From positions 28,458,001 to 28,522,000 of the forward strand of contig OX597836.1 in assembly GCA_951406725.2 (NCBI GenBank): a DNA stretch of 64,000 nt, written 5' to 3'. Below are positions 39,040 through 52,731 of this stretch, piece after piece. The stretch is from Octopus vulgaris (Eukaryota). Every line of letters starts with the position of its first letter. The first letter of the stretch is position 1. The notes under the pieces are model-generated. The model saw only the letters and a list, made by a program, of their open reading frames with translations. It had not been told where the DNA came from and searched no databases. Made by a program: the position numbers and the translations under genes.

Positions 39040-39600
39040 TTTGTCTGTCATCCATCTCCATGTGGTGAACACAATGTTTTCCTTGGTGGTGTCAGTTGCA
39101 GGATGTCCAGACCTTGAGCCATCTTTAAGACTCTTCCTTTTTCTCTTAAATTCAGCTGCCCGCTTTGCAGTGTTGATAAAGCTGGAGCATCATCCTCTAA
39201 TGTGGTGAACACAATCAATGTTTTCCTAATTGGTGACAGCTGCACGATGTCCAGACCTTGGGGTCATCTTCAAGACTCTCCCTTCCTCTCTTAAATTCAG
39301 CTGCTTACTTTTGCAGTGTTGATAAAGCTTGAGTGCCATCCTCAAATCTGGTGAACGCAATCAATGTTTTCCTCAGTGGTGGCAGTTGTAGGACATCGAG
39401 ACCTTGGGGTCATCTTCAAGACTCTCTTTTCCTCTCTTAAATTCAGCTACTTGCTTTTGCAGTGTTGATAAAGCTGGAGCATCATTCTCTAATGTAGCAA
39501 CCATGTCCACACAAATGAACTTGGGATCTGAACCCTTTTCCAGCAAGTATTTGATAATACCAAGATGCCATATTTTGTGCATTTTCAAGAGAAGTTGCTA
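39040..39600 (-). mobile_element. mariner transposase N-terminal remnant with ~143-bp segment triplicated
   Basis: MHKIWHLGIIKYLLEKG..PK.I.VDMVATL.NDAPALSTLQK.VAEFKRGKESLEDDP, typical mariner HTH region; three tandem units 39061-39495. Confidence 0.85.
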
Positions 39601-41207
39601 CTAGTTACTTTTGAAGTCTTCTTTGAACACTGTGATTCTCAGTTTACCTGGAAAGAAACAATGCAGTTACTAATAAGAAAAGTGGAATTAATGCTTGCAA
39701 GATTTCACAGTTCTAGCATCACACCTTCATAATCAGCCTCTGAACTTTTCAGCTGACATTCGTACTTTGTCGACCTGTAAGCTGGAAAATCTGGCAGTTG
39801 ACAGTACGTAGTCTGAGAGTGGTGATTGGCATTTGAAGAAGCTAGGAGTGCAATCTTTGCTTCCTCATTTTATGACGTCAGTCTATGAAGTTGTTACACA
39901 GTATAGGGTCTGTAAGGCTGAACACCTGTGTAGGGGTAATATTTTGAAAATATCAGTTCAACCCTTAGCATTCAGACTACTTTATCAAATGCAATGCTTA
40001 TTTATTCACATTGTTTTGAATTAATCACGCATTATTTTGTAGCTTCGAGATTTCAATGATGTCATTATTTTTAGAATGACATTGTAGGGTAGGTGTGAGA
40101 GGCTGGATCTGGTTAGTATGAATGTAAAACTGATAGAATATTTGGGCCTAAATATGATCAGTTTTACTATGCTTCATGCTATAGTCACATAACCGTTACA
40201 TTTGCATAACTTGTGATAAATATATATCATTAATTAAATATATTCTGTTAGAATATTACACACTGAACTTATAATGCATGCTCTTTGTATAAAATATCAA
40301 AAATATTAATACTATAAAGTATTTAGACATTAATACGAACAATTATATATACTGTATTTTGAAATAATAGCATGAAATTCAATATCAAAAAGATTTCTCA
40401 CGAAGATATATATGTCTAGAATAGTATTGTATTAAAAATATACACAAAAATATATGAAACATGACAGATTAAGAATTTGTTAATTAAAGCATCTTACGAT
40501 TGTTTCATGAAAGTATTGTCATTATAATGGAATCCATTGTTGATACACATTGAAAGACAATACTTCTGCTCGTTAGAGATGGAGAAGATAAAATTTTTTT
40601 TATAATATATCGAATGTTGTTTTAAAATTGTAATAAACATATACCAAATTACACGTATTTGGGTTCAGATTTACTGTGTTATATTTTACCCCGTCACCCA
40701 AATTTGTGGAAACTCCATAAAAGTTATGATTGTAAGAGAAAACTGCTAAAGACTAAACTTTCTTCTTTCAGAGAAGAATCATTGTCACAGAATCATCTAC
40801 TTTGTCTTTAATTATTGTAATTTCTAATGAAATTATTGTTTGCAGTGCTCTAAGCGTGCTACAACACGTCAACAAAAGTAGCTAAAAATGCATGAACAGT
40901 ACCTAGAATAATGTGCAGGAGGTGGACAGTGAATGCGTCACTTAAAAGCAAAATGAGGGAAGAGGTATCAGGTTCCCTGTTGGCGAATTTCATGAAGTCT
41001 GCAGGTTTTGAAGGATGTTGTAGTCTTGACACCTAACAACTGATGTCGGTAGTTTATTTCCATGCATCAGCATTTCTGAGCATGAAAAAAATATTTCTGA
41101 ACATCATACGGATATTGCGTTTGAAGCTTATACTGTAACCGGTGTTGACTCAATGGCCATGGCAGCCAAATGAAACCTGTTAGACAGCTGTAGTATACTA
41201 CTAATCT

Positions 41208-41421
41208 GGCGGCGAGCTGGCAGAATCGTTAGCACGCCGGGCGAAATGCTTAGCAGTATTTCGTCTGTCGTTACGTTACGAGTTCGAATTCCGCCGAGGT
41301 CGACTTTGCCTTTCATCCTTTCAGGGTTGATAAATTAAGTACTAGTTATGCACTGGGGTCGATGTAATCGATTTAATCCATTTGTCCTTGTTTAGCCCCT
41401 TGTGGGTAGTAAAGAAATATG
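41208..41421 (+). mobile_element. SINE (ggcggcgagctggcaga family) with 14-bp TSD
   Basis: tactactaatctgg at 41196-41209 and 41422-41435. Confidence 0.88.
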
Positions 41422-41876
41422 TACTACTAATCTGGAGAGCATTGCTAAATTCTTATTTTTATGTTGTTTAAATTTTTTTTTTGTCATTCTAGTCAATTGA
41501 TCGTTATAAACTTGTTCCATATTTTCTATATTGTTTACAAATGTTATATATATATGTACATTGTTTGTACATCATCAATGAATTATTTTTATGAAGTTAA
41601 TGTACAACTTCACAAACTTATTATTGATGTTCAGTACATTCATTACATCAGACACACACACACACACTCTTTCTCTCACACACAATATCACACATACACA
41701 TACACGCACACACACACACACACACATATAAAGCCTCTACACAAGCATACATTTGCATATAAGAAACCTATTACAAATTCATACACTCACACACATGCAT
41801 ACATACATTCTGACACATACATAAACACTCATTATTGTATATATATGAACGAAACTACCTCTGTTTTTGTTTCCAG

Positions 41877-41972
41877 AAAATGGGGTCTGCTCCCCCACGT
41901 CTCCTCCTCCTTCTCCTTCTCCTCCCACTTTATGTGTGGATAGCGTACGTGATGAGAAATTTGCAGGTGGTG
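41877..41972 (+). CDS. TDRD7: TDRD7 probable exon 18, Pro/Ser-rich linker (ENGVCSPTSPPPSPSPPTLCVDSVRDEKFAGG)
   Basis: ttccag acceptor; three in-frame phase-1 donors after 41966, 41969 and 41972; symmetric exon not required for frame. Confidence 0.6.
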
Positions 41973-42659
41973 GTATGGATCAAACATTTAACATATACCT
42001 ATATGTGTGTATATATATATATATTTATATTTATTTATCTATATATATATATATATATAACATATCTATATAATCCATAGTGATTGCTGGGTTTTTAAAC
42101 TTTCTAAAATTTGTTTTCCTCCTCCTTCCATCCATTTCTGTTGACCTTTGCCCCCTGCCCTCCTCCTCCACATACACCCAATTATTCGTACCCCCCAACC
42201 CTGTGTCTCTGCACCCATTTCCAAGAAACTTAAGTTTTCATTTGTAGAAATGGTTTCTGACCTATTTAGTTTTGCTCTTTTCCTCATCAATATGTCAAAG
42301 TTGTAATATTTTTTTAAAGTTTTAAAGTAGAATAGTAATTGTCCTGAATATTGGTCTGCAGTGGTGGTCATGGCAGGAATCATCATGTAATGGTTTGCTC
42401 TTCCTATGCACATTTTGTAATGGCTTCTTTCAGTGAACCTGGAGCTGTGTCTTAGAATATACCAGTGTCATCTTGTTTGTTGCTTAGATCAGACTTTCTA
42501 GAAAAGGCAGAAAGGAGACTGTAGCATGACCTGAATACTCCCTAATTGCCATCAAGTTCGGTCTCTACCCTTAAACAGATCTATAATTAAAGGCATGTTT
42601 GTTGCAATCATCGTGTCTTCCCTTTTTGAGATATGGTCTATCAAGGACTACATTATTTA

Positions 42660-42980
42660 GCATCTCCTTCCTCATTTTAAGGTGGAAGAATAGGATTTGA
42701 GGGACATTTGGCTGCTATTTCTACCATGTTACACAACCTAAAAAGAGGCTTCTCTGTTAGTTCTGCTAATGTGTCCTTCCTCATTTTAAGATTGTAAGGT
42801 GGAATTTGAAGGACTTTTGGCTGCTATTTCTAACAGGTTGTACAGCATAAAAGATGCTTCCCTGTTAGCTCTGCTAATGTGTCCTTCCTCATTTTAAGAT
42901 TGTAGGGTGGAATTTGAAGGACTTTTGGCTGCTATTTCTAACAAGTTGTACAGCATAAAAGAGGCTTCTCTGTTAGTTTA
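42660..42980. repeat. Three ~105-bp tandem units of a dispersed 'ttggctgctatttcta' repeat
   Basis: ccttcctcattttaag...ggctgctatttcta...ggcttctctgttag repeated three times. Confidence 0.8.
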
Positions 42981-43781
42981 TTGTATATTATTGTCGTTTA
43001 GCCATCTGTTACCTCTGATCAATCAAACTTACAATCAGGGATGTCTCAGTCATGACCATCCCTTCTTTTTTAGGGGTTTGTAGAACTGCATTATCTTTAT
43101 CCTTATTTAAGAGAGAAATGTATGATTCGATGGAGATTTAACTATTATTTCTAATAGATTGAGCAACCCAGTTGTGGTTACCTTAATTGTGTCTTGTGAA
43201 ATGATGCTTGAAAGATTTAGTTTTGGATGTCACTGATACATCACTGGGTTAGATCTGACTTTGCAGAGCTGAGAAGGAAGTGGACTCCAGAGCAATGGTT
43301 CTCAACAAGGCTCCACATGACCCTTGGTGGGGGTCTATATAAGATTTTATTGAGCAATAAATTGGTTATACTTCTATTGGCCTGGTGGTTAAGGTGTGGT
43401 ACTTGCAATTGCGAGATCATGGTTTCAATTCCTTGGCCTGGTGGTCTGTTGTGTTCTTGAGCAAAAAACACTTCAGTCTTGCATTGTTCTGCGATCTCTT
43501 CCACACCTGACGCGTGGTACACCGTGCACCTGTTCAGACAATGTCAGTTTGATGGAGGGAGAGAACTAATGTGCAACGTGCTGGTCATTTGGCAAAACCT
43601 CAACACTCACAAGCTATCTTTGATGAGAGAGTCCATCATTCTCCTACAATACATAAAATATTAAAATTCCAGGCGTAGGAGTGGCTGTGTGGTACCTTGG
43701 GCAAGTGTCTTCTACTAAGCCTCGGGCTGACCAAAGCCTTGTGAGTGGATTTGGTAGATGGAAACTGAAAGAAGCCTGTCG

Positions 43782-43826
<45 letters not shown>

Positions 43827-45583
43827 ATGTGTGTGTATATATGTTTGTGTGTCTGTGTTTGTCCCCCCAGCATCACTCAACAAACGATGCTGGTGTGTTT
43901 ACGTCCCCGTAACTTAGCAGTTTGGCAAAAGAAGCCGATAGAATAAGTACTAGGCTTACAAAGACTAAGTCTTGGGGTCGATTTGCTCAACTAAAAGGCG
44001 GTACTCCAGCATGGCCACAGTCAAATGACTGAAACAAGTAAAAGAGTAAAGAGTAATAATATTTAAGTATTAAGATGTAAAAGGAAACTTTTTTTAAACG
44101 ACAAATCATGAGGGTCCATCTGAATAAAATAGGGATCAAAAGGGACCATAGGAAAGAAATGGTTGAGAACCACTGCTATAGGGTTGGTTAAATACTCCCT
44201 GGTGTGGATATGTGTATTTATAAGTGAAGGTCCTGTTGAATAACGAGACCTAGAAATGTTGCAACTGTCAACTGTTTACTCTCATAATTAATTTAATTAG
44301 TGTTGAGCCAGCAGACTTTTCCTCAAAGACGGATGACAGTGTCATGGTTTCAAGCCCTGGCTATTCCACCTTTCTTAGTAATGCTCTACCCTGAGCTGCA
44401 ATATGTAATGTCTTTTTCTTAACCTTTTAGCATTCAGGTTATTCCATCAAATGTAATGCTTATTTACCTGCATTGCTTTTGAATTAATCATACATTACCT
44501 TGTAGCTTCAGGATTTCAATGACCTGATTGTTATTTTTCGAATGACATTGTAGGGTAGGTGTGAGAGGCAGGGTCTGGTCAGTTTAAACATAAAACGGGA
44601 AGAATATTTAGGCTGGACACGGCCAGTTTAAATGCTAAAGGGTTAAGACAGTAGGGCATGATTTGAGGGTTATTTGGCTGCTATTTCTAGCAGAGGTTCC
44701 CTTGGCTTCATGATAATTGATATTTTGTCTGTCTTTGGTACAGTTAGTTCTCCCCACCTTCCTCATCTTTCTACAATCCTGTCTATCTTCCTCACCCATT
44801 TTGTTTGTTCTTGTGTAAAATCTCCCTCTCCTCCTCCCTCTCCTCCTACCATTCCTCCTTCCCTTCTTTAAGAGAATTGCGATGGTTTTAGCAGGAATAC
44901 ATCTCCCTCCATTTGTTGGATTTGTAGTTCTTTACAAACTGATACTAACTCTTAATCCTCATTTTACTGCTTCTTCTTCTTCCAACGGTGTTGGTTTTTG
45001 CATGACTAACTGACGCTTTTCTATAACTACTACTACTACTATTACTACTACTACTACAACTAGTATCACTTCTATTATTACCACTACTACTGCTACTACT
45101 CAGTATGTTGTCTTTTGTTAAAACATCTCCTCTCCCACTATTGCCTTCACTTTCATACAACCGCTAGCTCTAGCTGCTATGTTATATAATCAACATTTTT
45201 CAGGTATTCGTATTTCTTTCTCTTTTTTTTGAAACTCGTATGATTGCATTGCTGTTACAACGAACACCTGTTCAACTGTACAACTGATAAATCAAAGACA
45301 ATACACACATTTTATATATCATCATCATCATTGTTTAACGTCCGTTTCCCATGCTGGCATTGGTTGGACGGTTTGATAGGAGCTGGCAAGCCGGAGAGAT
45401 GTCCGGACCCCAGTTCTCTGTTTTGGAAATGGTTTCTACAGCTGGATGCCCTTCCTAAAGCCACCCACTTAACAGTGTGCTGGGTGATTTTTTACGTACC
45501 ATGGGTATGGATGTATTTATGTAGCCCCGGCAGGAGTGCATTTTACGTTGCATCAGCACATAAAATTCATTTGTGCTGGTGCT

Positions 45584-45624
<41 letters not shown>

Positions 45625-45661
45625 ACTGATAGAAAATGGAATGAATGACATTCTTTATTTG

Positions 45662-45768
45662 CAATCACTACAATTGTTTCGACACATTTTCACACCTGTA
45701 ATACATTGGTGAGGTGTGTAATTATTATCATGCATCCAAGGTGTAAAATTCACCTCTTCAGGTGATTG
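45662..45768 (-). ncRNA. Type I hammerhead ribozyme motif (Penelope-type)
   Basis: CAAUCAC-CUGAAGA-G..stem II..C-GAAAC-AAUU-GUA-GUGAUUG; 7-bp stem I, palindromic stem III. Confidence 0.7.
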
Positions 45769-45851
45769 TTTAAATATATCTTTCATTAGACCCTACCATC
45801 ATTTCACTCAGTGTGAGAATGCACACCCAAAGTGATGTTGTCACCCAAATC

Positions 45852-45882
<31 letters not shown>

Positions 45883-45944
45883 ATGATACACACAAACATG
45901 CAGAAACAATGCCCACCAGGTGGTTTCCTGCCAGTATATGTCTT

Positions 45945-46105
45945 GAGATGGTGAAGATGCCGACGACCGCTTTGTTCAAAGCCTCCCTGGACCTCAAGTG
46001 GCCTGAACTCTTTACATGAACACCACCCTGTACTTAACTCCATGTCCCCCTACATGGCCTTGCTATTTGCTTTTGAGCCAAATTAACTAACTAACTAACT
46101 AACTA
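45945..46105 (+). mobile_element. CR1/L2-type LINE 3' end with (TAAC)n tail
   Basis: EMVKMPTTALFKASLDLKWPELFT resembles the CR1/L2 ORF2 C-terminus (FK..LD); followed by 3'UTR and ttaactaactaac tail. Confidence 0.65.
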
Positions 46106-48001
46106 TAAAACTGTTGGTGATTCAGGACTAAATAAATCCTGTGGCTTTGATTTCTCTGCCATTGAGAGAAGCCAATGCCAGCACATCATTATATGAATTA
46201 ATATTTTCAAGGGAACTGATTCCAGTATGAGTAACATCGAAGCATCAAAGAATATTTGATGGTAGATGATGCAGCTTGTTCAAGTTTTATCTTTGCCTCA
46301 AAGTAACACAGAGATTTCAATTCAGCAGCCCGTGTGTATGCTTTACCATATGAGCAGAAATTGCCAAAGAGACTCCTTGCGTTATGTAGGTGTATAACAT
46401 ACGAGTCATCCTGTTCTTGAAAGTCATCGAAATTGCCATTCCCTGTTAATCTTCTGACCCTTTAGCATTCAGATTATCCTGTCAAATATAATGCTTATTT
46501 GTTCACATTGTTTCAAATCTATCATGGCTTATCTTGTAGCTTTGAGATTTTGATGGTGTGTTTGTTTAGTTTTAGAACGACGTTGTAGGGTAGGTGTGAG
46601 AGGCTGGATCTGGCTAGTTTCAGCTTAAACCAAATAGAATATTTGCTCCAGATGTGGCTGGTTTAAATGCCGAAGGATTAATAGGCTTCTACTTTGAATG
46701 TTTCATCATCTATTGTCCTGCTGTACCTATTCAGTTTGGTCTTTCAGCATTCTACTTATTTGCTCTGCTGTTACTGTTTCTATTTCACTACTGTTTTCAT
46801 GGGATATTTGACTGCATATCCTGTTCATTTAATGATGATTTATCAATTGGCACTTGAATATTCACAGACTGTCAGAGTTGGCTCAGCGTATTATTCTGAA
46901 ATAGATTAAGCTCTTCTTGAGCCAGTCTGTCTTGAGCCAGTAGAAACAGAATTATATTCTCTACAGCTATGTCCATATTCAGATATTTATTTCAGTTGTT
47001 TTGTCCCCTTTTTTTTTGTTTGATTCAGCTATCCTTCTCTCCTTTTCTTGTTGTGCCTTTGTTGCCAGACATTCTGTTTTAATCACATATTTTGTTTTTT
47101 GATGGCCCATGTTGAATTCAAAAATTCTAATGTGTGAACAAATAGCACAGTATGTATACTACATTAAACGATAAACGTCATCCTTTTCAAGCCTAGCCAG
47201 GCTCATGGGCCCGATTTCCTGGTTTCTGTGGCATATGTGTTCACCCCCGCTGGATGGGACACCAGTCCATCGCAGCGTTACTCGAGAAACAGGAAGAGAA
47301 AGTAAGAGAAAGTTGTGGCGAAAGAGTACAACAAGGATTATGGTTTACATGTTTGTGTATAATGGAATGAAATTTGAAATGGAAAAATTTCTATTTGCTT
47401 TTGATATGATGCGTAGATATAATGCAAACACTTTCACAAATATTCTTTAAGTTTCTCAAAGGAAAGTTTTGCAATCACTTATATATATTCATGAAATCAA
47501 TTGAATAGAGGCAGTAGAGTTAGATAGATAGGAGAGAGAGAGAGAGAGAGCATTGTAAGTGAAAGTGTGTGTAAAAGATGAAAAATATTAAATGAAATAA
47601 CTTGGAAAGGGATACAAATGAAGTTTGTGAGAGAGGGAGAGAAAAGACAAAGAGGGAATAAGACATTGAAAAGAAGAAAAAAAAAAGGGGGGGGGGTGAG
47701 TGAAACAAAGCAGAGGAGAGCATTGCTTGGAAAGGGATACAAATAGTGTTTGAGAGAGAGAAGAGGCAAATAGGATGAGGAGTAAATTTTTAAAAAAAGG
47801 CAGACTTTCTCACAGTGAATTAGATTTCGTGTTCTGACTGGATCATATTTCTTTAATTTCATATTACTCTCTATCCTCACCTGATGCCTTATTCTGAAGC
47901 ATATGTATGTTGAGTTCTAACAACAAGTTATTAATATCACTATGCCTAAGTAAAATATATAATACATATATACATACATGCATATATATATATATATATA
48001 T

Positions 48002-48132
48002 ATACAAAATTTAGAGGAATGACCACTAAAGTGGATACCCTTTATGCTAAACATAGACATCAAATTGCCATTAACACGAATGTTTAGCATAGAGGGTGTT
48101 CACTTTAGTGGTCATTCCTCTTAATTTTGTAT
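48002..48132. repeat. 53-bp inverted repeat with 25-nt spacer
   Basis: 48002-48054 vs 48080-48132, 4 mismatches. Confidence 0.9.
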
Positions 48133-48218
48133 GTAACACAATTTTTAATCTCAGGATTTTTTTAAATATGCTAAGCCACTGGTTTTAATTGATTAATATC
48201 AATTTCTACCCCTTTTAT

Positions 48219-48273
<55 letters not shown>

Positions 48274-48590
48274 TTTTCCACTTTACTAATTAGATGTTTT
48301 TGCAAGCATCTAATTATTAAATATATATAAACACACATAAAATCAATCTTACTGACAAGTATGTAGTCACTGTGCAAACAAATGCTACCCAGGTGGGCCC
48401 ACAACAAAGAGAAAAAAAAAAAAAAAAAATTGAAATTGGTTATGAATGACTGTTATGTCTTCGAAAAACATTCCTACGACTGGTTGGGGAAAACAAAAAA
48501 ATGGAAATTTTCTTCTCATAAGACTAGGCATTATAGATGGTGGAGCTTCAAATGGTGTACAGTGGTTTGCTTGCATGTCAGCATGACAGG

Positions 48591-48624
<34 letters not shown>

Positions 48625-50580
48625 GTTGAAATGGTGGTGGTGGTGACAATTTCTTCTTGAATCCTGTTTTATTGCAGCAATGTTTTGGTTTTTGATATGT
48701 TTTTGAATGCAGATAATGTACATGGCATGTTGGCTTCTTAATGCATGCCTGCATTTTGGAAATGCATGGAAGCACGCACATACACACCCACACACAAACA
48801 CCCACACATTTTAAAATTAATTATCAGACTCCCGTTACTAAAATAGTGAGGGCATGTTGCCTAGAGGTTGCGGTGTTTCACTCACAATTATGAGATAGTA
48901 GTTTCAATCCCAGGGCTGGCTGGTGTGTTGTGTTCTCGAGCAAACTCATCTCACATTGCTGTGCGATCACTTTGTCACCTGATGCGTGGCACTTTGTGCA
49001 CCTGTACAGGTAATGTCAAACTGGTTGAGGGAGTGAGCTAACGTATACCTGATCACGAAAAGCCAATCATCTGTGCAGTCTGTTCAACAAGAAATTGTTG
49101 AATCATTTTTCTCAGATTTAAGAAACTACCAAGAAAATTACTAAAATATGAAACAGAACCTTTTTTGTTTTTTGAGAGGGTCAGGGGCTCAGCGAGGGAT
49201 TCAGTTTAGAAATGAAGGAAAGAAAGGCAAGCAAACTGTAGAGTGTTGCATTTGTTCTCATCCATTCAGTTATATGGTCAAATCCACTGGAGAGGCAAAA
49301 CCTGCCCTCCTTCAAGTTATACGCCACAGGAGGAGATGAACTAAGTGCTGTAATGAACGGCTACGTTTTGTGTTCAAATCTAGCCTAGGTCAATCTTGCA
49401 TCTCACCTGTCTTAGTGAAGTACCTGGGATTGATATAATTGACTAAAACATCGTATTGCCTGTTGGAAATTATAAAAGTGATGCATTGGTGGATCCATTT
49501 AATATTGGACAAAAGGCCATGTAGTATTTGTTTTGGCTTTTTATGTTCTGAGTTCAAACTCACCCAGGTTCAGCTATGCCTTTTCTCTTCCTGGTATTTT
49601 CTGAATATAGCTGGGGGCACATCTATGTGCAGCAGCAGCCCAAATGTGGGTGCCATACTCCATTGGTGCATTATGGAGTGTCTGCAATTTTTAGGGGACA
49701 AAGTGTCATCCAGGCCTTGAAGAGAATGGTCAATCTTTTGGGACCCTCTCTGGAGATGTGCTTTTGCTATTTTTTTCATCATTAACCCTTTTGTTTTTAT
49801 AATTCTGTTGAAACACATTGTGCTTGTTTTGATTAATTTCAAAAATAAATTAAAAATTTAGTAAAATAAATTTGTCATCAGTAAGCTGTTATTTGGAACA
49901 TATATTAAGAATTTTTAAGGGCAAGTCTTAAATTAACCCTTTGGCACTCTGTCAAATGTAACGCTTATTTATTCATATTGTTTTGATTTAATCATGCATT
50001 TATCTCTTAGCTTTGAAATTTGGATGATGTGGTTGTTTAATTTTACAATGACATTGTCAGGTAGGTGTGAGATGTTGGATCTAGCCAGTTTGAACATAAG
50101 AGGCAGAATATTTTGGCTAGATATGGCTGGATTAAAAGGGTTAAATCACTTTAAAGCAGGAATTTTGTATTTTGGAATCAGGGTTCATCTCAGGTATGTT
50201 GATAAAAAAAGGGTCAGTATACATAAACACACACACACACACACACACATCTCGTATGTTTGCCTAGAATTTAGAACTGATTTAGATAATGTCTTATCTG
50301 TTCCTATATAACATTGCTTTACTGACTTCATTAAGTATGCTAGCACTCTTAACTGTTAGGTTTTCATGCAGGAGGTGTCCCTCAGTAGCTTTTGTGTCAT
50401 TCTTCTATAAAATATTTGCTAAGTCTTAGATATAACAACAACAACAACATCAAAACAAAATTATTCTCAACCCGTTCACTTAACTTACCAGTTGTTGCTA
50501 ATTAACAAAAGTGACCCCTATTTCATTTCTTTCAACAGTGATATTGTCATTTGAATCTATTTGTTGGTCTTATTTTGCAG

Positions 50581-50681
50581 CACCTTTAATGTTGCCTGCC
50601 GATAGATTCTGGGATGTCTACGTGTGCTTTTTGTCATCTACAACGGATGTCATCATACGCATTGTTGGTGAAAATTACTCA
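50581..50681 (+). CDS. TDRD7: TDRD7 exon 19, Tudor B N-part (APLMLPADRFWDVYVCFLSSTTDVIIRIVGENYS)
   Basis: tgcag acceptor, GTGAGT donor, phase 1 to 0; matches TDRD7 PL..P...S.T..V.IR.VG..YS. Confidence 0.93.
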
Positions 50682-50999
50682 GTGAGTACCTTTGCCGTTA
50701 CTTTTCCCTCCATCTTTCAACAAATCTTTTATCTACCTCTCTCCATCTTTTGACAACATTGGTCAAATAGCTGGCTTTCAATCTTTTAGTTACTAAAAGA
50801 TGGAGAGCCAGCTATTACTGTCTCTGTTTTTCAATAAAACATCTCTCCCTTTTCCAGTTAAGCAGGGCTCCCTAATGACAAGGCTCTGGGTCAGTATCAA
50901 GCCATGGATTATTTTGTAATGTTCCACACAGCAAGAATACACTTCTTAAATTTTATTTCTACTTTATTGATTATCACAGTCTGCAGGGTGTTTTTGCAT

Positions 51000-52320
51000 T
51001 ATATATGTATTATATATGTAATATATATGTATTGTATATGTAATAGATATATATGTATTGTATACATAATATATATATATATATGTATTGTATACATAAT
51101 ATATATATATATATGTATTGTATACATAATATATATGCATTGTATATGTAATATATATATGTATTGTATATGTAATATATATATGTGTATTGTATATGTA
51201 ATATATATATGTGTATTGTATATGTAATATATATATGTGTATTGTATATGTAATATATATATATATGTGTGTATTGTATATGTAATATATATATGTGTGT
51301 ATTGCATATGTAATATATATATATGTGTGTATTGTATATGTAATATATATATATATATATGTGTATTGTATATGTAATATATATATATATATGTGTGTAT
51401 TGTATATGTAATATATATATATATATATGTGTATTGTATATGTAATATATGTGTATTGTATATGTAATATATATATATGTGTATTGTATATGTAATATAT
51501 ATATGTGTATTGTATATGTAATATATATATATATGTGTGTATTGTATATGTAATATATATATATATGTGTGTATTGTATATGTAATATATATATATATGT
51601 GTGTATTGTATATGTAATATATATATGTGTGTATTGCATATGTAATATATATATATGTGTGTATTGTATATGTAATATATATATATGTGTGTATTGTATA
51701 TGTAATATATATATATGTGTGTATTGTATATGTAATATATATATGTGTATTGTATATGTAATATATATATATATATATGTATTGTATATGTAATATATAT
51801 ATATGTGTGTGTATTGTATATGTAATATATATATATATATATATGTATTGTATATGTAATATATATATATATGTGTATTGTATATGTAATATATATATAT
51901 ATATGTATTGTATATGTAATATATATATATATGTGTGTATTGTATATGTAATATATATATATATATATATGTATTGTGTATTGTATATGTAATATATATA
52001 TATATATGTGTATTGTATATGTAATATATATATATATATATGTGTATTGTATATGTAATATATATATATATATGTGTATTGTATATGTAATATATATATA
52101 TATATATGTGTATTGTATATGTAATATATATATATATATATATATATATGTGTATTGTATATGTAATATATATATATATATATGTGTATTGTATATGTAA
52201 TATATGTGTATTGTATATGTAATATATATATATATATATGTGTATTGTATATGTAATATATGTGTATTGTATATGTAATATATGTGTATTGTATATGTAA
52301 TATTTATATGTGTATTGTAT
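51000..52320. repeat. AT-rich compound satellite (gtattgtatatgtaa(ta)n)
   Basis: Dozens of units with variable TA count; explains the 439- and 507-aa spurious ORFs. Confidence 0.95.
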
Positions 52321-52689
52321 AGATTCCAATTGTTTGTTGTGGCATGGTTTCTATGGCCAGATGCCCTTCCTAACGCCAACCACTTAATGGATTGTGCTGG
52401 GTGCTTTTTACGTGCCACCAGCATGGGTGTGTTTCCGCAGCACCGGCACGGGTGTCTTTTATGTGGCACCAGCACCTGAAAGGACAAGCCTGTACGTATG
52501 GAAGACAGAGATTTTACTTAGCTTGATGCTTCTTCTCAAGTACAGCAAATCCCCACATCTCGTGGTCCCTTGTCGTTTCCTCAGTGAGGCCCAGCGTCTG
52601 AAGGTCCTTTCTCATCACTTCATCCCCATGTAGATCAAATAAAGGATTAGGTTCAAAGTTCTGATACAACAACTGAATTCAACACAAGA

Positions 52690-52731
52690 CACCTGAAGAT
52701 GGCTGGAGCATACAACAGCTGAAACGTAGTG
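52690..52731 (+). ncRNA. Minimal hammerhead-like motif (Penelope-type)
   Basis: CAC-CUGAAGA-U-GGCUG..CAGCU-GAAAC-GUA-GUG. Confidence 0.5.

Noticed and set aside
38769-50580. Third LOTUS domain exon or nested gene in the long intron
   Set aside because: No LOTUS-like peptide or coherent exon chain found on either strand; only repeats and the Pro-rich exon
50904-52487. Long 439- and 507-aa ORFs (I/Y/H/T-rich)
   Set aside because: Translation of an AT-rich satellite with no protein features
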